From Eledone cirrhosa (lineage: Eukaryota): a DNA stretch of 64,000 nt. Positions 1 through 13,945 of this stretch are shown piece after piece. The stretch's first letter is position 1. Each line of letters begins with the position of its first letter. The DNA is taken from positions 121,086,001 to 121,150,000 of the forward strand of contig OZ024742.1 in the NCBI GenBank assembly GCA_964016885.1. The letters run 5' to 3'. A program made the translations under genes and the position numbers. The notes beneath the pieces were generated by a model. The model made no database searches. It was not told the origin of the DNA and saw nothing but the letters and a program-made list of their open reading frames with translations.

Positions 1-235
1 CAAAAATTATTAGTTAATGCCTCTACTTTTTAATTATTTTCCCTTTATTTTTTCTCCATAAATTAAATCACTGATTTAAAATCAATCATTTTCTTACAAA
101 AAAAATGTGTGAAACGCAGCAAGGTGCAGGTAATTCGGCTAGTATTAAATAAATATATACATATTATATGCTGGAATAGGTCTCTAGGGAGAAGTAGAGT
201 GAATTGGTGGTGGAACAGTAAAGTGGAGAAGACAA

Positions 236-462
236 TTAACCCTTTAGCATTTAAACCGGCCATATGCGGCCAGAATTCTCTCACCTGTTTTTGTTCAGAC
301 CGGCTGCAACCGGCCGCTCATACCGATGTTAAGGTATTGTTCTCAAAATAGATAATATCAAAATCTCATAGATTCGATATTATGAGATAATTATGTAAGA
401 TAAAGCCTTTACCACAAAAATACAATAGTAAATATAGAGTAATGTAAATGCTAAAGGGTTAA
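236..462. mobile_element. piggyBac-like MITE (TTAA-CCCTTTAGCATTT...AAATGCTAAAGGG-TTAA)
   Basis: Terminal inverted repeats with a TTAA target duplication. Other copies at about 7921-8110, 24645-24862, 28705-28933, 34545-34765, 34953-35171, 36961-37170 and 54926-55138. Confidence 0.85.
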
Positions 463-584
463 GGCCAAAAGACAAGCATGGAAAGAATGGTAGAATGGGG
501 GAAGTAGAGAGCACAACCAGAATGCAAGGAGAGAAACTTGGCGACAGGTTTACTTTGCAAGAAGAGAAGCAGAAAATAAGAAAT

Positions 585-2870
585 TTAAATATGTTCTACA
601 AGGTGTGAGGTGTTCAGGATTGCGAGAGAATGTGTCAGGGAAAATTGTGATGTTGATGGAGAGAAGTGTGCCCGAGATGATAATGGTGTACTTGCACTCA
701 TTGATGCCAAAAAGAAAGAAGCATGGAAGTGTCATTATGAATGACTACTGAATGATGAGAATGCAAAGGAAGAAGATAGTTTTCTCCAAGTAAACCCAAA
801 AGAGAGACCAGCAGTACAAGTCAGCAGTAGTATAGCAAGTAAGGCAATCAAGGATATGAAGACAGGCAAAGAGCCGGACCTTCTGAGATAGTTGCCGAGA
901 TGCTGAAAGCATCTGGGATAGTAGGTCACACCTTAACCACCCGTATTGTAAACCAATACAAAATGGTATCATACCCAATAACTGGCATAGCAGCATCATT
1001 GTCAACTTCTACAAGGGAAAAGCAGATACCATAGACAGAAAAAAACTATAGAGGCTTCATGTTGACTGACCAGGTCATGAATGTCACAATAAGAGTTATA
1101 GCACAGCTGATAAGAGACGAAGTTAACCTAAATGAGATACAGTTCGGATCTGTACCAGGTAATAGTACCACTGATGCTCTCTTCCTTGTGAAGCAACTGC
1201 AGGAAAAATACCTAGCTAAAAGTAAACCCCTATATTTGGTATTTGTGGACCTGAAGAAAACTGTTGATAGAGTCCCCCATTCCATTATCTGGTAGGCTCT
1301 TAGAAAACTAGGAGCAGATGAGTAGCTTGTGAAGGCAGTACAAGCCATGTATAGAGGAACAGTCAGCAAGATTAGAATTTACAACTGTTCTTAGCCCTCT
1401 CCTGTTTATTATCATCCTGCAGGCTACAACAGAAGAGTTTATGACTGGCTGCTCATGGGAGCTTCTGTATGGTGATGATCTAACCCTTATAGCTGAATCT
1501 ATGGCAGAACTAGAGAAAAAATTCCAAACCTAGAAACAAGGCCTAGGATCTAAAGGTCTTAATATTCAGCCTCGCAAAGACCAAAGTCCTAGTATATAGA
1601 AAGAGTATCAGGGCTCAGATTCCATCAGGAAAATGGCCTTGCTCAGTGTGCAGGAAAGGAGTAGGTAGAAACTCCATCCTATGCCCCAAATGAAAACTAT
1701 GGGTACACAAGAGATATAGTGGGATTTCAAGTAGGCTAGCAAAGAATGCAGGTTTCATATGTGACCGTTGCTCAGGTGTAGTACATAGCAACATCCCTCA
1801 GGATACTAACACCTTTAAATGCCCAGAGGGCTCAGTAGAAGTTGTAGATAGTTTCCATTGCCTGGACGACCAAAGTAGCAGTGGAGCTGGCTATTCCGAA
1901 GATACTGTAGCTAGAGTGAGAACAGGATGGAGAAAGTTCTGGAAGCTACTACCGCTGCAAGCTACAAAAGGTTTCCCCCTCAAAATGAAGAGCAGATTGT
2001 ATGATGTGTGTATACGAACAGCAATGTTGCATGGCAGTGTGATCTGGGCCCTGCATGCAGAGGACCTACAAAGATTGGAAAGAAATTAAGCTTCCATACT
2101 TCAATGAATGTGTAATAGTAATATACATGAACGACAAAGCATAAATGAACTGAGAGAGAAACTGGGTATAAGAGGAGTCAGATACAGTGTGCAGGAGTGG
2201 AGAATGTGTTGGTATGGACATGTGATGTCTATGAAGGATGACAGCTGTATAAAAAGTGGAGGGGGCTCAAGGTTGATGGAAGCTACAGTGTAGGAGGACC
2301 TAGGAAGACTTGGGTGATAAAAGCTGACCTTGCACAATTGCACCTCTCAAAGGATCAAGGTTTCTGGTGTCAAGCAGTAATATAGAAGATCTGCCTTCCT
2401 TTGAGCATGGGCTGAAGCATACATCTTGTAAGCACTAACGTCTCCCTCCCACTTCCATACACCATACACGCCCTAACAACCCTCCTCCTCTTGCACCTCC
2501 CACGTCTTACCCCCCCCCCCCCTAGATCTATCTCCCTAATCCCCCACTATAAAGTGGTTGTGTAGGAGTCACTACAGAAAGCCCCCAGCCCATACTGTTA
2601 AGTGGTCATGTAGTTGACACAACAAAAAACACTCAGCAACATTGTAAAGTGGTTGTGTAGGTGTCAAAACAAAAAAGCACCCAGCCCTCTCTGTATATGT
2701 GCTTGGTGTTAGGAAGAGCATCCAGCCATAGAAACCAAGCCAAAACCAGTCCTGGATGAGCAAAACATGGTCATCAGACCTGTTGCCCAGTTGTCTCAAA
2801 ACGGGGCAACATGTCTAACTCATGCTAGCATGGAAAATGGAGGTTAAACAGTGATGATGATGATAATGAT
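585..2870 (+). mobile_element. Decayed RTE-clade LINE (5'-truncated RT, 3' UTR, (GAT)n tail)
   Basis: ORF pieces QFGSVPGNSTTDALFLVKQLQEKYLAK...FVDL and WYGHVM, with many stops and frameshifts; tgatgatga tail near 2852. Confidence 0.9.
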
Positions 2871-3039
2871 ATATATACTATGTTAACGTATCAATACATA
2901 TTTAATATGTATGATGATCATGTTTCTCAATAAACAAGCTCGATGGACCTTGCTTCAAAGTATCAATTATTCAAATTCAAAGATATATGTAGAGAGAGAA
3001 AGAAGCATATTGCCTTGAGTTCCCTATACAAAGGCTTAA

Positions 3040-3860
3040 GTATTTGTATTCAGATTACAAATGGTGCTAAGTTAAAACCATTTTGTGTAGGTGTTGGACT
3101 CCGCCTCTCTTGTTTATAATTTTCACGAACAGGATTGATATGTGCAGCTGGGTTGGAAGTGGTACCAAGACTGGAGGGTGTAGGATAAGACGACTGGAAG
3201 TTGAGGACGACATGATACTACATACCTCGTAAGAAAGTAATCTCTGAAATGTATTTGATAGGTTTCCTGCTGCACAGCAAGAATGAAAATCAGCGTTGCA
3301 AAGACTGAGACATTCGTCCTCTTGAGGAAGCTTACACAGCGCACTCTGCATGTGAGCGGATTTCCACTGAAGCAGGTGGAGCAATTCAAGTATTTCGGGG
3401 CCATGTGCACAAGTGAAGGAAGGCAGAAGGTTAAATTAAATGCAAGAATTACAGTAATGCACAAGCTTGGTCATTTGGATATCAGAAGGGAGGTAAGTGT
3501 AAAAGCCGAACCCACTATCTTCAATTCGGCGTTTGTGCCTACCTTTAATTATAGTCATGCATCTTGTGTAATGACCTAAAGAATAGTCGCAAATACAAGC
3601 AACTCAAATGGGTCTTTGGAATAACGTTATCACTATAAAGAGTGTGTAGCTCGGCGATCAGGGAATTGCTCCAGGTAGAGCCGCTACTTCTCCGAATTGA
3701 GAGATCACAGCCCCAATATTACGGACATGTGGTCAGAATGTCTAAAGAAAGAATCACTGGATAGATTTTGTGGGCAAAGTCAACCGGCAGGAAACTCAGA
3801 TGTATACCACGAGTCAGATGGCTGGAGAACACCCATGGGTTCTGTTGATCTAGCTGGATC
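3040..3860 (+). mobile_element. Decayed RTE-clade LINE fragment of a second family (no PHD insert)
   Basis: MKISVAKTE...LKQVEQFKYFG and a later YGHVVRM-like segment. A related 3' end lies on the minus strand at about 10810-10995. Confidence 0.7.
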
Positions 3861-4911
3861 AAATTTTCTTTTTTTTTTCTCGCAATTCATAGTTGTAGAA
3901 ATGATATTGAGTTACGATAGAAAAATCATGCATATTTATTTACATGAATTGAAAGGTATGATGAACAAATGTCCAAGTTTATGTTTACCTTACTACAAAC
4001 GCAAATCTGAGTATACCGTAAATGAAAACATAAACGAACGGAACTATAGAGAATAATGAAAGTATATTAAAAAAATCAAACCATTATTCTTATTCTAAAT
4101 TTTATCAACATATTCATAGTCTCCATCATGGAAAATATATGTCCGTAAAATTCCATTAAAAAAACATGCATAATAAATAATTATGAGGAAACAAAATCGG
4201 GGAGCGGGTGGCACTAAACAGTATTAATACCCAAAGATTTAGAATTCCTTTCCAAATCCGATATAATTCAACACTTCTCACTCGCACAGTTATCCCGAAT
4301 TATCAGCCAACGCCACATTCCACTAGGTGGAATGAATCCGGCGGAAATTGTGTTATAGTTTTGTTTTCTTATATCGAGCTTCAAAACACACGTGAAAATA
4401 ATATATAACCGCCAGACTTCTTTACTTCCTTACAGCAAAATAATTTATTCCACTTTATGAACTTCTTGTACATACTTATTTGCACCACTAGTTTCCTGGC
4501 AGTCTACTATTTCAGTTGCATATATTTAACCCATCTCTAAAATAAGCGTAGAGGTAGAAATTCCTGGAATTTTTTTATAACTTCGTAGTTAGAACAAGTA
4601 CAAGGATAATTATATAGTCTTATTTAAAATTAAGATGCTGTGTGTATGTATGTGCATACTTCCATAAAGTTCTGGGGACAAATTAGAGGTAGAAAAGTGA
4701 AGCTACAGAATATTATTCTCTTACACCAAACGTAGAAATAGATTCACCAACAAATACAAAAAGATAGACAAATAAATATACGCACTATTCATCCGAATAG
4801 AAAGACAGACACAAATAGACGTATTCAGTGAAACTACTAGATGAAATCTGTTTCGTTTTTTATTAAGTCAAAAATTCAGTTTACTTCAGAAGCAAATGTT
4901 TTGATCGTCTT

Positions 4912-4998
4912 ACCGGAAACGGAAGTAACTAACATACCATGCCTTCACTAAGGTGAAACATTAGCCCGTTATATTTCCAGCACTTATTTTGGTACGTA
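4912..4998 (+). promoter_or_regulatory. Probable DGCR6 promoter and non-coding first exon: tandem ETS (GABP-like) sites followed by a splice donor
   Basis: ACCGGAAACGGAAGT at 4912-4926 lies in repeat-free sequence, with a candidate donor G|GTACGT at 4991/4992. Coding exon 1 begins at an acceptor, so an upstream exon is needed. Confidence 0.5.
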
Positions 4999-7702
4999 TT
5001 TTAATGTCCTAGTAAATATATATAAACACACTATTCTATAGAATAGATTCTGTATAATTCGATTCGATTCATTCTGTAAGAATTATAAACAATTTGTAAT
5101 GTTGTTTATACAACTGTGAATAATAAAGATATATTAATTGAAAAAGAAAATTAAAATTTAGTGTTGTTATATGCAAATAGATTTTACTTTTGGAAGAGGA
5201 TCACCCCGAGTTAAGACAATTTGAAATCTTTTCCACCATCTATTATTAAAAAAAAACAAGTTAAAATCATTTAGTCGTCCATTCGTAACATCTACACGTA
5301 AATACATAAACAAATACAGACAACAGAAGGAAGGGGCCGGTGAAACGCTATAGCGATGTGTTTAGGGTTTACCGGCTACATAGCCTATTCGTTTACTTTT
5401 TGTTAACATATCATCGAACTGTGTTGATTGTTTTAGTTATAAAATATTTACAAAACGACCACGTCTTAAGTTTTGCCTGTAATTTTGTCAACCCAAGAAC
5501 AAGATTATGCTTTTGTACACATTCCAAAAATCGAATACATATATATATTGAATTGTATATATATAGCTATTGCCTCTCCTGTTTTATTAATATTGACCAC
5601 AGTGTATCAAAATTATGAAAAACACGTTTTTCTTTCAAGGAGTTCAAGTGTTTTGAATCGTTACATCTATGTCTGATCTATAGCAATGTGAGAAAATAAT
5701 ATAAAATGACGGGCTATCAAAATAGTAGAGCTGACGACATGTTTTGTTGATGGTTTAGGTTTTAATGCTTAAAAGTATAGACATGTGGGCTGTCAAAATT
5801 GATAAAGATAGCTTGTTTGTGAACATGAACGCTGATGGTTGTATTTTTGTTTCTTTTTTGTTGTTGTGTGTGGTGGCACCAGCGCTAGAGGCTGTCATGT
5901 CCTCGGCATAAAGGGTTCTTTCAAAAACGTTCACGAACCACTTTTCATAGGGTACTGAGTAAATTTTGTCTTAGCACCAGCACCACTGGGTTGACTTGTA
6001 ACTTGGAAGTGAGTCCTCACTATTCTGTGTTGTCTCTTTCCTTGAAAGCCACATGGCCAGCAGGGTTTATGGAAGTGACAGAAGCGAGAGTACGATGGGA
6101 GAAACTGTAGAGTGAGAGGGTGGCAGAAGACTGATGAAAAAGAAATAGTAATGATTAAATATTACAATTTTATTTAAGATAGAAAATACAAATTTGTCCA
6201 AACGTTTTACAACAAAACAATATTAAATATTGATACCACAATGACAAACATTTGTAGGGAAATGGGAATAATGAATTAAACCGGCCCCAGTGCATGTTAG
6301 GCCTTAGATGTTTCTTTTATTGACCTTGGAGATCTAGATACAGAGGCATAGAAAGGGGACAGCTCAGTTGCCAAATATGCAAAATTTTCTCTGGTCTATA
6401 GTCAGTAAAATGATAGCATTTAATAGGTAAAAAAATAAATAACTACACTGCTTCAGTGTTAGTGTGTCCCCATGAAACATATACACCAGGTTCGAACACA
6501 AAGGAACCTCACACACACTGTCACTACCTCGATCTCTCACTATTAAGAGCGAATGGGGGCAGACTGTCAATTTATTGACCTTCAGTATGCTAGAAATTTT
6601 TATGTATTGTTTCCCTTGACACTGCATTATGTATTAAGGGGAAATTACTCTATCAGCAACTTAATGCACCTGGAGCCGCCAGAAGGTTAAAGTGTGAATT
6701 ACCAAACATGTCTGTTCCCAGATGTTGAGAATCCTTACCATATTACTTGATCGATGACAAGCAAAGTTGACCACAACAGGGTTTGAACTGAGAACAGGGG
6801 GTCCAGGGAAAAACAATATATATGTTTTACTTTATACTAGATACAGAGTCGTTTTTGTAGGGAAAGTGGATAATTGACTAAATTAACCAAAGTATATTTT
6901 TGATATTTATTTTATTAATCCCAGAATAATGAAAAGCAAAGTCAGTCATATAATGTGGAATGTATCAGAAAATGTGGTAAAAATTTTGGTGAAATGTGAG
7001 AATAGTTTGTGAGCAAATCAACTAAAAAGAATTTTATGGCTTATTACATCACCATCATTGTTTAACATCCATTTTTCCATGCTAGCATGAGTTAGATGAG
7101 TTGTCCTATTATGAAACAAGTCAGATCAGGTGACTATCTCGTTCATACAGAACTGTTTCTGGCTTGGTTTCTATAGCAGAATGACCTTCCTAACCACATT
7201 TACAGGGTTGTCTGGGTACTTTTTCATTGTGTCACCAACATGACCATCTTACAGGGTGGACAGTGTTTTTTTAATTTTTTTCTTTTTTTATCCTTAAGTT
7301 ATTGTTTTGTAAAATATTTTGGAAAATTAGTATTTTCCATTTTAAATAAAATTGTAATATTTAACTTTTTAGAAATTAAATTTTTCTTTGAAAATTTATT
7401 ATTATTAAGGGCGGTGGATTGGCAGAATCAGTAGAGTGTTGGACAACATGCTTAGAGCATAGAGTTATGGTCCTTAACATTCTGAGTTCAGGTTAGCTTT
7501 GCTTTTCATCCATACGAGGTCAATAAACTAAAGTACCAATGCACTGGGTTCGATTTAATTGGCTTTCCCGTTCCCCCAAAATTGCTGGCCTTCTGCCTAA
7601 ATCAGAAACCATTATTATTTTTATTACTATTATTATATATTTTTCTTTTTTCCTTAGGTTATTATTGATTAGTAATGTAGTTTTGTATTTGAATATTCAA
7701 TC

Positions 7703-7806
7703 ATGGAGGATTCATATGCCACAGAAATTGAAAGAAAAGAGCTTTTACAAAAGAAGCACTATTTCTTTCTTAATGAATTGCAACAAATGGCTCGAGAGCT
7801 GCCCAG
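7703..7806 (+). CDS. DGCR6: DGCR6/gonadal (gdl)-family protein, coding exon 1 (MEDSYATEIERKELLQKKHYFFLNELQQMARELP)
   Basis: Acceptor ttttcctt-AG ends at 7657, ATG at 7703, donor AG|GTAAGA after 7806 (phase 2). The peptide resembles the DGCR6 N-terminus (QxxHYxLLxxLQxxxxELP) and splices in frame to 20522. Missed by the ORF track. Confidence 0.9.
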
Positions 7807-9811
7807 GTAAGACATAGTTAAATTCCAAGTAATTTAAGGGAATTCGGTGAATAATTTAAAGGAATTCTATGAATAATTTAATGGAAATCAGTAAATAATT
7901 CACAAGTTATTGAGAATAATTTAACCCTTTAGCATTCACATTAATCTACTATTGTATTTTTGTGGTAAAGGCTTTATATCACATAATATTGAATCAACGA
8001 GATTTTGATATTATTTATTTTGAGAAGAATACCCTAATGTCAGTATGAGTAGCCGGTAATGGCCAGTTTGAAGAGAAAGAGGTGAGAGAATTCTGGCCAG
8101 ATATGGTTAAAGGAATTCAGTGAATAAATCATAAGTTATTGAGAATAATCTAAGGGAATTCAATGAATAATTCACAACTGTCAAGTACAAGGGTCGATTT
8201 AATTAACTTTCCCCTTCTCCAAAATAATTAAACATATTCACCATGCATTAACTATTTTACAGAGAAGGCAATTGTATTTTCTATTCTTTGTACTCTTTTA
8301 CTGGTTTTGTTCATTAAACTATGACCATGCTTGGACACTGCCATGAAGTGAATTATATCATTTTCTAGTATTTTGTCTGGTACTTAATTTATCAAGAGTG
8401 ATTTTTAGCAGAGTACACTCTCTGTTTCAAGCATTTGAACCAAACCTGTGATCTCTGGATAACTGACTCCACAAGTCATGGAAGCCCTTTAACTAAGCAT
8501 TAAAATGAAATACACAGAATGAAAAATAAAAAGGCATTCTTGTGCGTAAGTGCATGTATATGTTTTCTTTTTTGGGTGTTTTTTAATTCTCTTTCACCCA
8601 TTACAAGGTAGCTTTTCGATTCCTGTATTGTATTTATGTTTGTATTTCGGTTTATGTTTGTTTGTGTGCCTTTTTGTATTTGTTTTCATCATTATATTAT
8701 CAGTTGCTAGGTTATGGGGCTGTTACTATTCCATTTATACGTTCTATTGAGGGTAGGTTTACTTTCTGGATTGGTAGTATCGGTAGAGAGTCGGACACCA
8801 TGCTTTGAACCATAGAGTTACGTCTCTTTATGATCTGAGTTCAAATCCCGCCGAGGTTAACTTTGCCTTTCATCCTTATGGGGTCGATAAAATAAAGTAC
8901 CAGTAGTGTACTGGGTAATTGCTGGCCTTGTGCTAAAAATAGAAATAATTATATACATGGCTTCCTTAATCTGTCTGAGCATTGTGTTTTTGTTGAATGT
9001 GTAAATATGATTGCTATCTTGATATTTTCTAGTTTGGCATGTTGGTGGATCATTGACAAATTTTTCTGATCTTTGAGTTTCTGCCAGTGTTCCTTCATCC
9101 TTTTTCTTGTACCATGAACCCTTTCTCCTATGTATGTCCTGGTTGTGTTTCTACACTGTCCTTCTGTGCACCTTATGCTATATACTATAAAATTTCTGTC
9201 TGTACAAGCAGTTTTCTTTTAAGAATGTGCAATTGTTTGTGGGAGTGGGGATATAGAATCTGGGTCAATTTGAGGTCAATTTGAAGTTGGTATTAAAGTG
9301 GTTAATATGTAAACACTAAATTAAGTAATGTTTAGACTCAGATCAGCTGAGATTCAGTAGACCTATTATTAAAGTATTCCACTCCACCCATGACCATCTT
9401 AGGTTTTATGATAGTTAGAAAGAAAGCAAATATAATGAATTTCAAAGAAATTATTGATATAGTATACAGGGACACAAAACAAGTAGGTTAGCTATAACAA
9501 GCAAACATACCTATGAATAAATGCAGTCCTTGCTGCACAATATAGCAGTAATAGTAAAAATGATAATAATAATAATAATAATAACAACAACAACAAAACA
9601 ACTAATGATGAACAAATACTTAAAGACCAAATCTACTTCATTAAACTGTACCCAGGAAATGTAATGGGTGGAAGGATTAAGTATTTGGTTTCCTATTACT
9701 CATCCAAGCCTGTTATGTGTGTGTTGCTGAAGTTATTTTTGTCTGAAATATTCAGGGTCAACAGCCATCATGTTTTCACCACCCTGCTCTTCTTTCTATT
9801 AACCTACTTAT

Positions 9812-10640
9812 TTGGCAGTATTGGTAGAGCATTGAACAACATGATATGTGGAATGTAGTTATGGCCTTTTACTTTCTGAGTTCAAATCCCATTGAGGTTA
9901 GCTTTGCCTTTCATCCTAACAGGGTCAATTAAATAAAATACTACTAACACTCTGGGGTTAATTTAATTGACTTTCAACTTCCCTTTAAAATTGCTGACCT
10001 TGGGCCAAATGTAAAAACAATTATTATTATTTTAAAGGCAGTGGATTGGCAGAATCAGTAGAGCATTGAACAACATGCTTGGCGGCATAGAGTTAGCCCT
10101 TTACATTCTGAGTTCAAATCCTGGTAAAGGTTAGCTTTGCCTTTCATCCTTATGGGGTCAATAAAATAAGTTTGTGGTAATGCACTGGGTTCAATTTAAT
10201 CAACTTTCCCTTTCCCCCCAAATTTAGGGCCTTGTGCCTAAAGCAGAAACCAATATTATCACTTTATTATTTTTATTTTAGGGTGGTGGGTTGACAGTAT
10301 TGGTAGAGCGTTGGACAACATGCTTTGTGGCATTGAATTATGACCCTTTACGTTCTGAGTTCAGATCCTGATGGGGTTAGTTTTGCCCTTTCATCCTTAT
10401 GAGGTCGATAAAATAAAGTACCAGTAATGCACTGGGGGCGATTTAATTGACTTTCCCTTCCCCAAAATTGTAGGCCTTGTGCCTAAATCAGAAACCATTA
10501 TTATTATTCTATTTTCTGAGTTTAAATCCCGCCGAGGTTGACTTTGCCTTTCATCCTTACAGGGTCAATAAGATAAAGTACCAGTAATGCACTGGGTAAT
10601 TGCTGGCCTTGTGCCAAATGTAGAAACAATTATTATTATT
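9812..10640 (+). mobile_element. Head-to-tail array of about 4 tRNA-derived SINEs (gagttcaaatcccgccgaggttaactttgcctttcatcc family)
   Basis: A-box (TGGCAGNATTGG) and B-box (GAGTTCAAATCC) heads with (ATT)n tails. Further copies at about 7410, 8765, 21170, 23830-24210, 28258, 30340, 50890 (+) and 28395, 56450, 57555, 57925 (-). Confidence 0.85.
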
Positions 10641-11247
10641 CTATTTTACTACTACCACCAAAAGAGAAAAGAAATGTACATGACCCACAGACATGCACAT
10701 GGGATTAAGAAGTTCATTTTGTAATCACATACTTTTGTGTTCAATCTCACTGCATGATGCCTTTGAAAAGTATTTTCTCCCATAGTTGTGGATCAACATA
10801 TTCCTGAGAGTGTCATGGGGGCAGAGTCCTCAAACACTCCTTCCAACGGGTCCTGTCAGCAGCAACCATCTCCAACTGATCCGGTTGGATCGTCAAGCGT
10901 GACCAGCCAAGCTCATGGATGTTATCCAACCATCTTGCTCTGGGTCTCTTGCTAGTTGGTTTTGCCTTTAAAATCTGTCCAGCGATTCTTTGAGTAAAAT
11001 TTGATAAATAGAAACTATACAGATCATTAGATGTGTATGTGTATGCACGTGAGAACCTTAGATGTGTGTGCGTGTATTGTGTATTTGTATGTATATACAT
11101 GGTAGAACATAAGACCATACGTAAGTAAGATGCAGACACCCCGGCTTGTCTGGGAGGTCAGTAGATCCGCTTCAGTACTGACTTGGTCTGGGTAGACCCA
11201 TCCAACCCTTGCTAGCAGGGGAAACGGACGTTAAATGATGATGATGA

Positions 11248-11292
<45 letters not shown>

Positions 11293-11629
11293 TATTTTCC
11301 GTTGTGTTGTAATATAAATATTACACACAGTAGATATATATATATATATATATATATTGACAATAGCACTAAGAGAACATTTAAGCATAATAGAGGTGTA
11401 TATGAAAACATTTATGTTATATATAGTTTCATAAATACCTCTATTATGCTTAAATGCTGTCTTAGTGCTACTAGCAGTGAGTGTCACTGATGAAAGATTA
11501 ACAAATATATGTTTATTATATACAATAAACATTGGTAGCCTCACAGCCGAAGAAAAATATTTTTTGTAACGGAAAAAATTTATTCTCTATTTCCGTGAAT
11601 ATATCATAGTTGCCAGTACATTTTGAGAA

Positions 11630-11676
11630 TGTCAGACAGTGCTGTTTCAAGATTTGTTAATCTTTCATCAGTGACA
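11630..11676 (-). ncRNA. Type I hammerhead ribozyme (intact core)
   Basis: Minus strand reads UGUCA-CUGAUGA-AAGAUU-aaca-AAUCUU-GAAA-CAG-ca-CUG-UC/UGACA. Stems I, II and III all pair, and the cleavage triplet is GUC. Confidence 0.88.
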
Positions 11677-12058
11677 CTCACTCCAAACAGTACTGGCATG
11701 AAATAGTCTATATAAAATTTTGCATGATGATCATTTGCAACTTTTTTAGTCTTATTCTGACCTCATCAACTAAGTATAGACTTCATACTTGCAGAAGTAA
11801 TAACGAAAGAATCACTAGGTAAATGTACAAGATTATACATTAATTGGCTTAGGGGTTGTTTTATTATTTTACTAGTTTTGGTCATTAGGCTGCAGCCATA
11901 CTGGGGCTCAGCTTTGAAGGGATTTAATCAATCATATCGACCGCAATACTTACTTTGTCAAGTTTGGTACTTATGATATCAATTTATTTTGGTGATCTGC
12001 TAAGTTATAAACAACGGATATAAAGAAATTTGAACACACACACACACACATATATATG

Positions 12059-12129
<71 letters not shown>

Positions 12130-12224
12130 AATGGGAACAAAGAATCAGTATTGCATCATATACATATCTAATGACATATTACATGTTTCCCTGCCGATCA
12201 GCTCACCTATATATATATATATAT

Positions 12225-12570
12225 CATCATTATCATCATTTTACATCCGCTTTTCCCTGCTTGCAAGGGTGGGACGGTTCTTATTCAGCACAGCATCTCT
12301 CCACTTGTCACGGTCCTTCATCATCTCCACTGTGAGGTTCAGTGATCTGAGGTCTGTTCTCACCACCTCCGCCCATGTTTTTCGTGGTCTACCTCTACCA
12401 CGTCTTCCTTCAACTGGGATTTCCTGGCACTTCTTCACCCATCGATCATCCTCCATGCGCATCACATGTCCATACCACCGCAGTCTCCTCTTTCGCACAC
12501 TATATTCTATCCGTCTGAGACACAGTTTCTCTCTCAACACTTCCATGCTGGGTCGTTCACGCACATTGGC
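12225..12570 (-). mobile_element. RTE LINE 3' fragment
   Basis: RRLRWYGHVMRMEDDRWVKKCQEIPVEGRRGRGRPRKTW; closely matches the 3' end of the 17575-19580 element. Confidence 0.9.
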
Positions 12571-12596
12571 ATAAATATAAATATATATATAAATAT

Positions 12597-12930
12597 GGAG
12601 GCACATGGCTTAGTGGTTAGAGCATTGGCCTTGCAATCGAAAGGTTGTGAGTTCAATTCTCAGACCGGGTGATGTGTTGTTTCCTTGAGCAAGACACTTT
12701 ATTTCACATTGCTCCAGTTTACTCAGCTGTAGAAATGAGATGATAGGGACTGGGGTCCCTATCATTCCACTGTAAAGTGGTCGTGGAGGTGCCACGGCAA
12801 AAAAGCACCCAGCACTCACTGTAAATGAGGTTGGTGTTAGGAAGGGCATCTAGCTGTAGAAATCAAGCCAGAATCAGTTCCCGTCCCACTCTTGCAAGCA
12901 GGGAAAAGCGGATGTAAAATGAAATGAAAA
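12597..12930 (+). mobile_element. tRNA-derived SINE (tggcttagtggttag head, ccttgagcaagacactttatttcac core) with an RTE-derived 3' tail; near-identical copy at 14751-15075
   Basis: A and B boxes present. The tail gtggtcgtggaggtgccacggc...ttggtgttaggaagggcatc matches the RTE 3' UTR at 16872-16965. Confidence 0.8.
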
Positions 12931-12949
12931 AAATGAATATATATATAAA

Positions 12950-13875
12950 TATATAACCAAGGATTAGCATGGTTCGTTGATTACTCAATGAATACAATTT
13001 TACAATAGATTAGAAGCACTCAACTGAAAAGTTTTCCTGGAGTTTGTTTTTAATATTATTCAAAATATTAACAAATGAAAAACATTCTCACAATCAAAAT
13101 ATACACTTCATCACATATACCTCAAAGGCACCGCGCTGTTCCTTCAGTATGTCCCCATCAGACAAAATACATGATCTGACACACGACATGCCGCTACGGT
13201 CTTGATTATATTGACTGCCAATACTGGAATTGAATAATCAAGACTGTAGCAGTATGTCACATATCAAATCATGCACTTTGTCCGATGAGGACGCACTGAA
13301 AAAACAACACAGCACCCCTGAAATATATATAATAGTATATATATATAAAAGTATATATCCTGATTATGAGGACACCTTTCATTTGTTAATATTTTGAATA
13401 ATATATAAATATATATATATATATATAAATATTCAATGATATTAAATAAATGGAAACTATATTTATAAAACAATATTTATTCTATTATATATATTTCAAG
13501 GGCACCAAAAAACCCCTTGGTATGCCTTCAACAGACAAAACACAAAGAGCGCCCTACGAATCTCGACACAGCCAAGGACAATCATACCCTATCAGTTGAA
13601 TATTCCCAGGGAATATTCAACTGATAAGGCATGATCATCCTTGGCCATGTCAAAATTTACAAAACACTCCTTGTACTTTATCTGATGAAAGCGTACAAGC
13701 TCCTTTGGCACCCCTGAACCCTGAAACATATATAACAGAACAAATATGGTTTCATATATATAGTTTCCATTTATTTAATATTGAATATTTACTCCAGAAA
13801 TCTGTCTAGTGTTCTGAATCAGTTATAAACATTTATATTTGTTGGATTTCCAACAAATTAAATATACCTTCTACT

Positions 13876-13945
<70 letters not shown>

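Noticed and set aside
4000-4900. Divergent minus-strand gene sharing the ETS promoter
   Set aside because: Only a weak donor-like motif near 4430 and no coding exon was found, so it cannot be supported.
12597-12670. tRNA genes at SINE heads
   Set aside because: A and B boxes are present, but I could not form a complete cloverleaf and the sequence continues into a SINE body.
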